Shown: positions 47,194-57,494, counted from the stretch's first letter. The stretch is 64,000 nucleotides of DNA from Longimicrobiales bacterium (GCA_965248195.1 CBDFIQ010000002.1:992001-1056000); one strand, 5' to 3'. Notes: generated by a model not told the origin, from the sequence alone. Numbers and translations are program-made.

Positions 47194-48683
47194 GAACGAG
47201 GGCCTTACCGGTCTTTCCCCTGGCCCCTGATCCGATCCGATCCGATGTGGCGCGAGACGCCGAGGCGGTGCGGCTTTCAATCGATCCCATTGGCCCCGCC
47301 GACGGCCCCCAGGTCGGGCTCGTGACGCTGGGGTGCGACAAGAACACAGTGGATTCGGAGAAGATGATGGCGGCGTTGGTGGGACACGGCGCCCGCGTGT
47401 CGTCCGACATCAGCGGTGCCCAGGTGGTGGTCGTGAACACCTGCGGATTCATCGAGTCGGCCAAGGAGCAGTCGATCGAGACCATCCTGGAGGCGTGCCG
47501 GCTCAAGGAGGAGGGGCGGGTCCGCGCGGTGGTCGCCGTGGGATGCATGGTCCAACGGTACAAGGAGGAGCTCACCGCCGAGATACCCGAGGTAGACCTC
47601 TTTCTGGGGCTTTCGGAGATGGCCTCTCTGATACCGGAACTCCGCCGTTGCGGCTTTCTCCCAGAGGCATTGGAGAGCGTGCCGACGATGGAGCGCCCGC
47701 TTCGGATCCTTTCCACGGAGACGCCCCACACGTCCTTCCTCAAGATCAGCGAGGGCTGTGACCATACCTGTGCGTTCTGCGCCATCCCCAGCTTCCGTGG
47801 GCTGCACCGGTCGGCGCCGCTCCCCGATTTGGTGACTGAGGCTCGGGCCCTGGTACGGCAGGGGGTGAAAGAGTTGAACATCATCTCTCAGGACACGACC
47901 TGGTATGGGCGGGACCTGTGGAGAAAGGATCGCTCGGCACCGCTCCTCCTCGATTTGCTGCGAGCCTTGGTCGCCGAGACGGACGTGGAGTGGCTTCGCC
48001 TGTTTTACATGTATCCGTCGGGCATCACGCGTCAGATCGTCGAGTTGATGGCGAGCGAGGATGTGCTCCTTCCTTATCTGGATATGCCGCTCCAACACGG
48101 AAGCGACAGGATGCTCGAAGCGATGCGTAGACCCGAACGCCAGGGAACCATACGGGAGCGCGTGGCTTGGATCCGGGAAGCGGTGCCCGACGTGACGCTC
48201 CGGACGACGGTGATCGTAGGATTCCCGGGGGAGTCGGGGGAGGATTTCCGTGGCATGCTCGATTTCCTTGAGGAGCTTCGTTTCGACCGGGTGGGCGCGT
48301 TCACCTACTCGGTGGAGGATGGCACTCCGGCGGCGGACATGCCTGATCAGATCCCGGACTCCCTGAAGCGAGAGCGCCTGGAGGAACTCATGGACGTTCA
48401 GCGCATGATCTCCTCCGAACGCAACGAGGCGCTGATTGGCCGGAGATTTCTGGCGCTGGTCGATGAAGTCCTGGACGACCCGGGCCCGATCGGCACGGCG
48501 GCGGCCGGCCGGCCGGTGGGCGTCGCCCGGACGGTCGGCCAGGCCCTCGACGTAGACGGGGTCACCCACGTTCATCCCTTCGATGGGCTCGCGCCCGGAC
48601 AGTTCATCACGGTGGAAATCGACGATGCGGAGGAGTACGACCTGATCGCGCGTGTGGCGGAAAGCGAAGGACCGACCACGTGA
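47190..48683 (+). CDS. rimO: Ribosomal protein S12 methylthiotransferase RimO
   Basis: TLGCDKNTVDSE, NTCGFI, KISEGCDHTCAFCAIP, TRAM domain. Confidence 0.95.
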   Translation: MRTRALPVFPLAPDPIRSDVARDAEAVRLSIDPIGPADGPQVGLVTLGCDKNTVDSEKMMAALVGHGARVSSDISGAQVVVVNTCGFIESAKEQSIETILEACRLKEEGRVRAVVAVGCMVQRYKEELTAEIPEVDLFLGLSEMASLIPELRRCGFLPEALESVPTMERPLRILSTETPHTSFLKISEGCDHTCAFCAIPSFRGLHRSAPLPDLVTEARALVRQGVKELNIISQDTTWYGRDLWRKDRSAPLLLDLLRALVAETDVEWLRLFYMYPSGITRQIVELMASEDVLLPYLDMPLQHGSDRMLEAMRRPERQGTIRERVAWIREAVPDVTLRTTVIVGFPGESGEDFRGMLDFLEELRFDRVGAFTYSVEDGTPAADMPDQIPDSLKRERLEELMDVQRMISSERNEALIGRRFLALVDEVLDDPGPIGTAAAGRPVGVARTVGQALDVDGVTHVHPFDGLAPGQFITVEIDDAEEYDLIARVAESEGPTT

Positions 48684-48726
48684 AATTGGGAGAGGGAATG
48701 AGCGATCGAATGGCTTCGGAGAGTGG

Positions 48727-50010
48727 ATGACAGACCGAACAAATGGGTTGTGGGGTCGGGCGCAGGCTGTGATACCGGGAGGCGTGAGCTCTCCCGTGCG
48801 CTCTTTCCGCGCAGTAGGAGGTGAGCCGTTCTTCGTGGAGCGTGGCCAGGGCGCCTACCTGTACGACACCGAGGGTCGCCGCTACGTGGACTACGTTTTA
48901 AGCTGGGGTCCCCTCATTCTTGGACATGCCCATCCCGTGGTGACAGCGGCGGTGGAGCGGCAGCTGGCCCGAGGAACGTCGTACGGTGCCCCGACAGTGG
49001 CGGAGGTGGAGCTGGCAGAGCGCATCGTTCGCATGGTGCCCAGCGTAGAGATGGTCCGACTCGTCAACAGTGGGACGGAAGCCACCATGACCGCACTTCG
49101 GCTCGCTCGGGCGGCCACCGGCCGTCCATTGCTGTTGAAGTTCACAGGCTGCTACCACGGGCACGCGGATGCCTTCCTCGTCGCCGCCGGAAGTGGAGTC
49201 GCTACGTTGGGTCTCCCGGATTCTCCTGGCGTCTCCGAAACGATTGCCGCCGAGACTCTGGTGCTTCCGTTCAACGACCTCGATGCGGTCGAGACGTTGT
49301 TCGGCACGCGGGGCGACGACATCTCCTGCGTTTTCGTCGAGCCAGTGGTCGGCAACTCGGGTCTTATCCCACCTGTGAGCGGCTTTCTGGAGGGCCTTCG
49401 CGCCATAACCGAGCGGCACGGGGCGCTCTTGATCTTCGATGAGGTAATGACCGGGTTCCGGGTAGCCGCCGGAGGCGCACAGGAGCGCTACGGGATCGAG
49501 CCCGATCTCACGACGTTGGGTAAGGTCATCGGGGGAGGGCTGCCGGTGGGGGCCTTCGGGGGGCTCCGGCGCCTCATGGAGCAGATGGCACCTGCTGGGC
49601 CCGTATACCAGGCCGGCACGCTGTCGGGAAATCCACTTGCGACGGCAGCCGGAAACGCTCAGCTCCGCTACCTCGAGGAGGAGGACCCATTCGAGGACCT
49701 GGCCCGGGCTGCCGAGCGACTGTCGTCGGGCGTCGTGTCGGCGCTGACTGAAGCGGGGATCGCGGCCACCGGATGTTCCGTCGGATCGATGTGGGGTGTG
49801 TTCTTCAGCAAGGAGCCGGTCCATTCCTTCGAAGAGGCTCAGGGTGCAGACCTCAAAACGTTTCGGGCATTCCATCGGGCGTGCCTCGATCGAGGTGTGT
49901 TTCTTGCACCTTCTCCTTTCGAGGCCGGGTTCGTCTCCACGGCGCACACATCCGGCGTCATCGACGAAACCCTCGAAGTCGTGCGGGCGGCGGCACTCGA
50001 GGTTGCGTGA
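48727..50010 (+). CDS. hemL: Glutamate-1-semialdehyde 2,1-aminomutase
   Basis: PGGVSSPVR, NSGTEA, FDEVMTGFR, GKVIGGGLP, YQAGTLSGNP. Confidence 0.97.
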   Translation: MTDRTNGLWGRAQAVIPGGVSSPVRSFRAVGGEPFFVERGQGAYLYDTEGRRYVDYVLSWGPLILGHAHPVVTAAVERQLARGTSYGAPTVAEVELAERIVRMVPSVEMVRLVNSGTEATMTALRLARAATGRPLLLKFTGCYHGHADAFLVAAGSGVATLGLPDSPGVSETIAAETLVLPFNDLDAVETLFGTRGDDISCVFVEPVVGNSGLIPPVSGFLEGLRAITERHGALLIFDEVMTGFRVAAGGAQERYGIEPDLTTLGKVIGGGLPVGAFGGLRRLMEQMAPAGPVYQAGTLSGNPLATAAGNAQLRYLEEEDPFEDLARAAERLSSGVVSALTEAGIAATGCSVGSMWGVFFSKEPVHSFEEAQGADLKTFRAFHRACLDRGVFLAPSPFEAGFVSTAHTSGVIDETLEVVRAAALEVA

Positions 50011-50058
50011 CAAACTGAGAATCGCGGACGTGGCTTTCGAAACGGAGGTGCGGTGTGG

Positions 50059-50763
50059 ATGGCGAGGTGTGTGAGTGCGATGAGTAGGATGAGGACGGTG
50101 ATTGCAGCGACGGTTGCTGGTCTGGTCGCGGCCTCGGTGGTGCCTTGGCAAGCACGGGCGCAGGACCTCGCGGACTACGATTACGAAAATCTCTCGTTCC
50201 GCGGTATCTCCTTCGACCTTGGGTACCTTTACGCCGACAATGTCGAGGATACACGGACATTGGGAGTACGACTCGATCTGGGTTTCCTCGGCCCCGGCTT
50301 CAGACTCATGCCGGGGGTGACGTACTGGGAATCAACGCTGGCCCAGACCGAGGTGGATCAGTTCGAGACTCGACTCGGCGCGCTCACCGCGGACCAGGGA
50401 GGGATCATTCCGCCGGGCGGGTTCGATCTGGGCGTCATCGACCGGAAGGACATCGTGATCGGCTTGGACGGCCATTACGTATGGGCGGTGCCTCTGAACC
50501 TGTTCTTCTCAACGGGAGTGGGGATGTCCGCGCACGTCCTCAACGGCTCCGGTACCTCCATCGACGGCACCTTCGTCGAGGACCTACTCGACTCGGTGTC
50601 CGCGGGCTTCAACCTCCATGCGGCTTTGGAGTACCCGGTCGCCGATCGGATCCGCATCCATGCAGGATCCAAGGTCGAAATACTCGGCGATCTCAACTAT
50701 TTCGAGTTTCGAGGGGGGCTGACCTTCATCTGGGGAGGGTTGGTAACGGGGGAGGACCGGTGA
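50059..50763 (+). CDS. Putative outer-membrane beta-barrel protein
   Basis: Signal peptide ending ARA-Q; amphipathic strands; start uncertain (50053-50089). Confidence 0.65.
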   Translation: MARCVSAMSRMRTVIAATVAGLVAASVVPWQARAQDLADYDYENLSFRGISFDLGYLYADNVEDTRTLGVRLDLGFLGPGFRLMPGVTYWESTLAQTEVDQFETRLGALTADQGGIIPPGGFDLGVIDRKDIVIGLDGHYVWAVPLNLFFSTGVGMSAHVLNGSGTSIDGTFVEDLLDSVSAGFNLHAALEYPVADRIRIHAGSKVEILGDLNYFEFRGGLTFIWGGLVTGEDR

Positions 50764-51791
50764 CGTCCAAGTTGGAACGCCACCCTGTGCAAGTGGGCAT
50801 CCTGGGCGTTGGAGCGATCACACAGGTCGTACATCTCCCCATTCTTTCGGAGCGGCCCGATGTCGACGTCATCGCCGTCTCCGATCCAGATCGCCTAAAG
50901 GCGGAGACGCTCGGGGGGCGGTTCGAAGTGCCACGCGTCCTGACCAGCGAGGAGATCCTGAGCGACGACCAGATCCAGGCCGCAGTGATCTGTACTCCAA
51001 ATCATCTTCACGAGTCCATGGCGGTCGAGGCACTGGAGCGTGGCAAGCATGTCCTGGTAGAAAAGCCTTTGGCGATGAGTGCAGAGGGCGTGCAGAGGGT
51101 GCTGGATGCGGCGGCCGCCTCGGCGAGGCATCTCGCCGTAGGAATGCATCACCGATTCCGACCGGATGTGGGGGCCCTCGCAGCTTTCGTGGCCGGGGGC
51201 GAGTTGGGTGACGTTTATGCGGTGCGAGCCAACTCCCTTACGCGGAAAATGCCCGATGTGCGGTCCACTTGGCGGCAAAAACCGGAAGAGGCAGGAGGGG
51301 GCGCGCTGATGGACTTGGGCGTCCAGGTCCTGGATCTTGCGTTCTGGCTCGTGGATTATCCTCCAATCACGCGGGTGACCGCCGTCTTCCGCAGCCGGGA
51401 AGCCGACGTCGAGGAAGCGGCCACCGTGTTCGCCGTGTCCGAGTCCGGCATCGCGTTCAGCGTCGAGGTGAGTTGGAACCTCTTTGCCGAGGCGGACCGG
51501 GACCGAGCTCGTGTGATGGGCACTGAGGGTTCGGGCTCCCTGCCCCCGCTGGGGATCCACAAACAATTGGGGGGACGGCCTACGGACGTGACGCCGCGCC
51601 AACCCAAGACCCGGGGCGGCGAGAACCGATTCCAAAACGCTTATCGCCGCCTGCTGGATCAATTCGTTCGGGCGGTTCTTGGTGAAAGCGATGCCTCGGC
51701 CCCGGTCGAGCAGGTCCACTTGATGGAGGTCATCGCGGCGGCGTACCGATCAGCCAGGGAGGGCAGGGAGATCCATCTTGGCGAGGGCTGA
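50760..51791 (+). CDS. Gfo/Idh/MocA oxidoreductase
   Basis: GTGA overlap; GILGVG, TPNHLH, HVLVEKP, GGGALMDLG. Confidence 0.92.
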   Translation: MTSKLERHPVQVGILGVGAITQVVHLPILSERPDVDVIAVSDPDRLKAETLGGRFEVPRVLTSEEILSDDQIQAAVICTPNHLHESMAVEALERGKHVLVEKPLAMSAEGVQRVLDAAAASARHLAVGMHHRFRPDVGALAAFVAGGELGDVYAVRANSLTRKMPDVRSTWRQKPEEAGGGALMDLGVQVLDLAFWLVDYPPITRVTAVFRSREADVEEAATVFAVSESGIAFSVEVSWNLFAEADRDRARVMGTEGSGSLPPLGIHKQLGGRPTDVTPRQPKTRGGENRFQNAYRRLLDQFVRAVLGESDASAPVEQVHLMEVIAAAYRSAREGREIHLGEG

Positions 51792-53088
51792 GTTGCCTGC
51801 TTTAAGCCTGGCGCTGGTTGTGTGGGCCACGGTGGCGGGTCCGGGTCCGCTCAGGGCCCAAGGTGGCGTGCCGAGCGATGGCCCACCTAGTGGCGAGTCG
51901 GGTGCCGCGCCCGGCTCCCACCTCGAGATTTTTCTGATGACGATCGGACCCGGGGACGCCATCTGGGAACGATTCAGCCACAACGCTCTCGTAGTACGAG
52001 ATGATCAGGCTCAAACCGAGGTCGCGTACAACTGGGGCATCTTCGACTTCAACGACGCGGATTTCATTCCCCGTCTGGCGCGAGGCCGGATGCGGTACTC
52101 CATGCGGGGCTTTCCGACCTCGATGTGGCTCCCCGTGTACCGTCAGGCGAACCGCGACGTGTGGCTGCAAACGGTAAATCTCACGCCCGGGGAGCGCCTC
52201 GAGCTTCAGGCGGTGGTGCAGGAGCTGGATACGGAGGCCAACCGCTACTATCGCTACGACTACTATCGGGACAACTGCTCCACTCGGGTGCGTGACGTAC
52301 TGGATCGTGTCCTCGGGGGCCAGATCCGTTCCGCCACCGAGGACACGAATACGGGGACGACGTATCGCTGGCACACCGCCCGATTACTCCAGTCCGCACC
52401 GGCTTACTACGCCGGAATCCAATTCGTGGTGGGGAATCGTGGTGACGAGACCATTTCCGCCTGGGAGGAAATGTTCCTCCCACTACGGCTCAAGGAGCAT
52501 CTGGATGGCATCCGGATCGTGGATGCGGAGGGAGAGCAGGCGCCCCTCCTCGGTGAAGCTGTACAGGTTGTCCAAGCCGTCCGTGACCCCTCGCCGCTGG
52601 CCGCCCCAGACTTCCTGTTCCCCTTGCTCTTGTTGGGCACTGCCCTCGGAGCGTTTTTCGCTGGCTTGGGGTGGGCGGCGGGCGAAGGAAAGCGTTGGGG
52701 CCGCTCGGCCCTCGCCCTGTCGGGAGCCGCATGGAGCACCGGAGTGGGTTTGTTGGGTACCGCGTTGCTGCTGTCGTGGTTTTTCACCGACCACATTTTC
52801 TGGGGGTTGAACGAGAACGCTTTCCAGGCGAACCCCGTCTCCCTCATCCTCGCGGGTCTGCTTATTCGGGAGGCGCTGAACCGGAACGGGCACCGCGCCG
52901 GTTCCTTGGCCGGCACCCGCGTGGTTCCGGTGGCCAAGGTGGTGGGAGGCGTGGCAATCGCTGGCTTCTGCGCTCAGGTGTTGCCGGGCTTCGATCAGGT
53001 CAATGGTGAGGTCCTGTCGGTCCTGCTTCCAGCCCACGTAGGACTTGCCTGGGGTGTGCTTCGGGCGTGGCCGCCCTCCACGGGGTGA
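51778..53088 (+). CDS. DUF4105 / Lnb-like protein (periplasmic Cys-His domain plus about 5 C-terminal TMs)
   Basis: GPG..IWERFSHNAL, YNWGIFDF, YRYDYYRDNCSTRVRD, MFLP; C-terminal hydrophobic helices. Confidence 0.82.
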   Translation: MARAELPALSLALVVWATVAGPGPLRAQGGVPSDGPPSGESGAAPGSHLEIFLMTIGPGDAIWERFSHNALVVRDDQAQTEVAYNWGIFDFNDADFIPRLARGRMRYSMRGFPTSMWLPVYRQANRDVWLQTVNLTPGERLELQAVVQELDTEANRYYRYDYYRDNCSTRVRDVLDRVLGGQIRSATEDTNTGTTYRWHTARLLQSAPAYYAGIQFVVGNRGDETISAWEEMFLPLRLKEHLDGIRIVDAEGEQAPLLGEAVQVVQAVRDPSPLAAPDFLFPLLLLGTALGAFFAGLGWAAGEGKRWGRSALALSGAAWSTGVGLLGTALLLSWFFTDHIFWGLNENAFQANPVSLILAGLLIREALNRNGHRAGSLAGTRVVPVAKVVGGVAIAGFCAQVLPGFDQVNGEVLSVLLPAHVGLAWGVLRAWPPSTG

Positions 53089-54686
53089 TTCCGGCGCGCG
53101 GCGACCGGCTACTCCCGGCCGTATCGGCCCTCTTGGCGGTCATCGCGTTTCCTCCCTTCCATCTTCTCATCCCGTCGTTCGTCGCGCTCGTGCCGCTTGC
53201 TGTCTGGGTGGCCGACCAGGGTGAGGAGCGGGGTGCCGCAAGGGGCGTTTCCGGGCGGGTATTCCGGGGTGGCGTGTGGTTTGGTGTGCTCTACTTCGGG
53301 CTGCTCCTGTATTGGATGCCTTTGGCCCTGGCGGCCTTCACGTGGTGGGCCGTCCCCGCATACCTGACGGTAGTGATGGTCCTGGCGCTTGGCGCTGGGG
53401 GCTTCACGTGGGCGCTCCATCGTCTGACGCACCGCGGTGGAATCCCTGCTTGGGTGGCGCTGCCGTTGACGTGGACGGCGCTCGAGTGGCTGCGCGCGCA
53501 CGCCCCGGGAGGGCTGGCCTTTCCGTGGCTGGGGCTCGGAACGTCACTCACCGGCTACCCTGAGCTCGTGGGTGCGGCCGAGTTGGTCGGTGCGCGCGGA
53601 ATCACGCTGTGGCTTGCTTTGCTCAACGGGTTGATGGCCGAGGCCGTAAGGGCCCTGCGGGCACGGGACGGAGCCCGGATGTCGGCGCGTTGGGCGGCGG
53701 CTTTCGCCCTGGTATTGGCTGTGCCGGCCGCCTGGGGATACTTGCGGGCCCGCACCCTTTCTGTTCGGGCTGTTGGCGAGGTCGCCGTGGTGCAACCGAA
53801 CATTGCGTCGCAGGTCAGGTTGGACGGGGGCAGGAGCAACGACAGCACCGTCGCCTCCTTGACCCGCCTCCTTCCCGAGGGCGGCGGCCTCTCCACGGAT
53901 CTCCCCGAGGGCGACGCAATCTCCCCGGACCTCGTGGTCTGGCCGGAGGCGACGTTCTTCGGACCGATCGAATCCGATGAATCTCTGCGGGAGCGGGTCC
54001 TGGCGGTGGCAGAGAAGTGGACCGCCCCCGTCGTCTTCGGCGGGATCGGGGAGAGGGTGACGCGGGAGGGCAACCCGATCCCGCTGAACTCGGCGTTCCT
54101 GACGGGACGGAATGGACGGCTCACGGATTTCCGTTACGACAAACACCACCTCGTGCCTTTGGTCGAGGGCCTTCCGTTCCGACCGGGAAGGTGGAGGGAG
54201 GGCGGGGCCGGGGTCGATTCCTACGGGAGAGGAGTGGATTGGCCTCTCGGCCGTATGGAGGATGGCGCTCGTTTCGGCGTTCTGATTTGTTCCGAATCCA
54301 TTTACGCAGGCCATGCCCGCCGCTTTCGCCTGGAAGGGGCAGATTTTCTCTTGAACCTCACGAACGACGGGTGGTTTGGTAGGGAACCGTGGTATACCAG
54401 GACGGCCGCCCTTTGGCAGCACCCCGCGCATCTGGTGATGAGGGCGATCGAGCATCGCGTCGGGATCGCGAGGGCCGCCAACACGGGATTTTCGCTCTTC
54501 GTAGATCCAGTCGGACGTATCTATGGCCGGACCGATCTGTTTCAGGCCGACGTACGAAGCCAGACGATCTACACGAGTGACGTGCGAACCTGGTACACGC
54601 GTACCGGAGACGTGGCCGGATGGACGGCTCTGCTCCTGACGCTCGGGCTGGTGGCGATTCCGCTTCCTCGGGGCCGGCCCGCTTGA
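53085..54686 (+). CDS. lnt: Apolipoprotein N-acyltransferase
   Basis: GTGA overlap; FPW, VQPNI, WPE, NSA, YDK..LVP, IC.E, TNDGW, RAIE, ANTG. Confidence 0.93.
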   Translation: MIPARGDRLLPAVSALLAVIAFPPFHLLIPSFVALVPLAVWVADQGEERGAARGVSGRVFRGGVWFGVLYFGLLLYWMPLALAAFTWWAVPAYLTVVMVLALGAGGFTWALHRLTHRGGIPAWVALPLTWTALEWLRAHAPGGLAFPWLGLGTSLTGYPELVGAAELVGARGITLWLALLNGLMAEAVRALRARDGARMSARWAAAFALVLAVPAAWGYLRARTLSVRAVGEVAVVQPNIASQVRLDGGRSNDSTVASLTRLLPEGGGLSTDLPEGDAISPDLVVWPEATFFGPIESDESLRERVLAVAEKWTAPVVFGGIGERVTREGNPIPLNSAFLTGRNGRLTDFRYDKHHLVPLVEGLPFRPGRWREGGAGVDSYGRGVDWPLGRMEDGARFGVLICSESIYAGHARRFRLEGADFLLNLTNDGWFGREPWYTRTAALWQHPAHLVMRAIEHRVGIARAANTGFSLFVDPVGRIYGRTDLFQADVRSQTIYTSDVRTWYTRTGDVAGWTALLLTLGLVAIPLPRGRPA

Positions 54687-54711
54687 ACTCGCCTCCGGCA
54701 ATTTTTATATT
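54683..54711 (+). promoter_or_regulatory. Putative sigma70 promoter of rpmE-prfA-prmC
   Basis: TTGAAC-N17-TATATT. Confidence 0.55.
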
Positions 54712-54792
54712 CCCTGCGGCTGAAGAGTGGGCTCCAGAGTTCTGTATCGAACAGAACCCGCAGCCCACTTTTCGTTGATTCCGGAGATGGTC

Positions 54793-54999
54793 ATGAAAAA
54801 GGGTATCCACCCCGACTATATGCAGGCCACGGTCACCTGTGCTTGCGGCCACAGGTTTGAGACGATGGCCACTCAGCCGGAGATTCACACGGACATCTGT
54901 TCCGTGTGCCATCCGTTCTATACCGGAAAACAGCGCCTGGTGGACACCGCCGGACGGGTTGAGCGCTTCAAGCAGAAGTACGACAAAGTCAGTTCGTAG
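54793..54999 (+). CDS. rpmE: 50S ribosomal protein L31 (Zn-binding type)
   Basis: [22 protein letters not shown]. Confidence 0.97.
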   Translation: MKKGIHPDYMQATVTCACGHRFETMATQPEIHTDICSVCHPFYTGKQRLVDTAGRVERFKQKYDKVSS

Positions 55000-55023
55000 G
55001 CCGGGCCGAGGCCCGATTCGGCT

Positions 55024-56124
55024 ATGAATAACCCCGGAGGGGCCGATCCGCGGCTCCTCGAACGCCTCCGCGAAGTGCAGCAGCGTTTCCAGGGCGTGAA
55101 CGAGTCGCTGGCCAGCCCGGACGTCGTCCGGAATCTCGATCGGCTCAAAGTCCTTGGGCAGGAGCGGGCCGAACTCGAGCCTGTGGTCCGTGCAGCCGAA
55201 GAGCTTCTTGGCCTCGTAGAGGAGTACGAGGGTGCGACGGAGCTGCTGCACGAGGCCTCGGACCAGGAACTCCGTGATATGGCCGGGGAAGAGGTTGCTT
55301 CTCTGGAAGCCCGCATCGAGTTGCTGGGAGCCACGGCTCGCCTCCTCCTCATCCCCAAGGATCCTCTAGACGATCGAGCCGCTGTGGTCGAGATCCGGGC
55401 GGGAACAGGGGGAGACGAGGCGGGGATGTTCGCGAAGGATCTCTTCCGCATGTACCAGCGAGTGGCCGAGCGAGAGGGCTGGACCGTCGAGTTGATGAAC
55501 CTGTCTGAGGGGATCCCGGGGTCCGTCAAGGAAGTCATCTTCACGGTCCGAGGCAAAGGCGTGTACGGACGTCTCCGTTACGAGTCGGGAGTCCACCGTG
55601 TTCAGCGCGTGCCGGAGACGGAGAGCCAGGGCAGGATCCATACATCCGCGGCGACGGTGGCGGTCCTGCCCGAGGCCGACGAGGTGGACCTCGCGATCGA
55701 TCCCAAGGATCTACGTTACGATGTGTTTCGGTCCTCCGGTCCGGGTGGCCAGTCGGTGAACACGACCGATTCCGCCGTGCGCATCACCCATATTCCGACC
55801 GGGCTCGTGGTGTCATGCCAGGATGAGAAGTCTCAGCACAAGAACAAGGCCAAAGCCCTCAAGGTGCTCCGAAGCCGCCTCCTGGATCAGAAGATCGCGG
55901 AGCAGGAAGCGGAGCGCTCCCGTCAACGGAGAGCTCAGGTCGGAACGGGCGACCGCTCCGCCAAGATCCGGACCTACAACTTTCCTCAGAGCCGGGTCAC
56001 CGACCACCGGATCAAGCTCACGGTCCACAACCTCGACCAGGTGTTGGATGGGGACCTGAACGATGTGATCGAGGCGTTGCGGCTGGCGGATCAGGAGGAA
56101 CGGCTCCAGGGCGACGCGGAGTGA
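55024..56124 (+). CDS. prfA: Peptide chain release factor 1
   Basis: PET anticodon motif, GGQ, IRTYNF. Confidence 0.97.
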   Translation: MNNPGGADPRLLERLREVQQRFQGVNESLASPDVVRNLDRLKVLGQERAELEPVVRAAEELLGLVEEYEGATELLHEASDQELRDMAGEEVASLEARIELLGATARLLLIPKDPLDDRAAVVEIRAGTGGDEAGMFAKDLFRMYQRVAEREGWTVELMNLSEGIPGSVKEVIFTVRGKGVYGRLRYESGVHRVQRVPETESQGRIHTSAATVAVLPEADEVDLAIDPKDLRYDVFRSSGPGGQSVNTTDSAVRITHIPTGLVVSCQDEKSQHKNKAKALKVLRSRLLDQKIAEQEAERSRQRRAQVGTGDRSAKIRTYNFPQSRVTDHRIKLTVHNLDQVLDGDLNDVIEALRLADQEERLQGDAE

Positions 56125-57056
56125 GCGGCGTCGGGAGGCTGGCCGAGGTGGAAAGGGATTCCGAGGACGCGGTGTCGAGTGCGGGGGACGCGTGGACGAT
56201 ACTCCGCATGATCCTTTGGAGCGCGGAGTACCTCACGGAAAAGGGAGTGGAGGCCGGGCGCCTGGACGCGGAGTGGCTGCTCTCGACGGCGTTGGGTATC
56301 GACCGACTCCAGCTCTACCTACAGTATGATCGGCCTTTGAGCCCCGAAGAGCGGGAGGCCTTCAAGCCGCTTCTCCGTCGTCGCGCCAGCCGCGAGCCGC
56401 TCCAGTACATCATCGGTCGCGCCGCATTTCGGCAATTCGAGTTGAAGACGGATCCCAGGGTACTGATCCCCCGTCCCGAGACGGAAGTGCTGGTCCAAGA
56501 GGTATTGGACTGGGCGTCGGCCGCGGGGAGAAGCCTTGGACGCGTGTGGGATATGGGTACCGGGACGGGCGCCGTGGCGCTTTCGCTCGCTGTGGAAGGA
56601 ACATGCACCAGGGTCGTCGCCACAGACTCCTCACCCGAGGCCCTTTCCGTGGCGGCGGACAATGCAGAACGTTACGACGTGGGTGGGCTCGTGGAGTTCC
56701 GGGAGGGCTCGCTGTTCGAGTCTTTGGAGGAAGGGGAACGGTTCGACATCATTGTGGCGAATCCGCCGTACATAGCGGAGGGCGAAAAGGCAGAGCTCCA
56801 GCCCGAGGTTCGGGATTGGGAGCCTCCGCAGGCCTTATTCGCCGGGGAGGACGGACTGGACGTGATCCGGCAGCTGGTGGCCGGAGCCCCAGCGCACCTG
56901 CTGGCGGGCGGCTTGCTGGCGCTCGAGTGTGGCCTCGGGCAAGCCGAAGGTATTGCGACCGACTTGAAAGCCACCGGCGCATTCGTCGCTGTCCGGATCC
57001 GCCCCGATCTGACGGGGCGCCCGCGGTTCGTGATTGCCGAGCGAGGGGCCGTGTGA
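56121..57056 (+). CDS. prmC: Release factor glutamine methyltransferase
   Basis: EPLQYI, LIPRPETE, DMGTGTG, NPPY. Confidence 0.96.
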   Translation: MSGVGRLAEVERDSEDAVSSAGDAWTILRMILWSAEYLTEKGVEAGRLDAEWLLSTALGIDRLQLYLQYDRPLSPEEREAFKPLLRRRASREPLQYIIGRAAFRQFELKTDPRVLIPRPETEVLVQEVLDWASAAGRSLGRVWDMGTGTGAVALSLAVEGTCTRVVATDSSPEALSVAADNAERYDVGGLVEFREGSLFESLEEGERFDIIVANPPYIAEGEKAELQPEVRDWEPPQALFAGEDGLDVIRQLVAGAPAHLLAGGLLALECGLGQAEGIATDLKATGAFVAVRIRPDLTGRPRFVIAERGAV

Positions 57057-57116
57057 ACAAGTGAACGGATCGGCAAGGAACTCCCAAGTAATCATCATAA
57101 ACCTACAGGAAGGTCG

Positions 57117-57473
57117 ATGACGCGAATGAACGAAATGGCCAAGGATCTGGGCAAGGCTCTCGCCCAGACCGAGGAGTACCAGACGCTCAAGCAGACGATC
57201 TCGGGTACTGCGCACGATCGGGAGTTGGCCGAACTGCGTACGGAGTTGGAGGGACTCGAAGGCCAGATAGAGGCCGCGCTACGTGGAGGGAACGAGCCCA
57301 CCGAGGAGTTGAAGTCCGGTTACGAAGATGCCGTGGGGCGCCTTCAGGCGAGCTCCACGTACCAACGGCTGGTTTCAGCACAAGCGAATTTCGACAAGGT
57401 TCTGCTCAAGGTGAACCAAACGATCCAGGAGGGGATCGCCGAGGGAGGCGAGAGCCGGATCATCCTGCCGTAG
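57117..57473 (+). CDS. YlbF/YmcA-like helical protein
   Basis: A..LG.AL..TEEY..LK ... Y.....AQ..F...L..VN..I pattern. Confidence 0.65.
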   Translation: MTRMNEMAKDLGKALAQTEEYQTLKQTISGTAHDRELAELRTELEGLEGQIEAALRGGNEPTEELKSGYEDAVGRLQASSTYQRLVSAQANFDKVLLKVNQTIQEGIAEGGESRIILP

Positions 57474-57494
57474 GAAGTAAGTGGTGCTCAAAGT

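Noticed and set aside
50145..50759. 548-aa extended oxidoreductase ORF (similar extensions at accB 41211, rimO 47004, tolB 23921)
   Set aside because: GC-rich open frames overlapping upstream genes; family motifs begin at the downstream starts.
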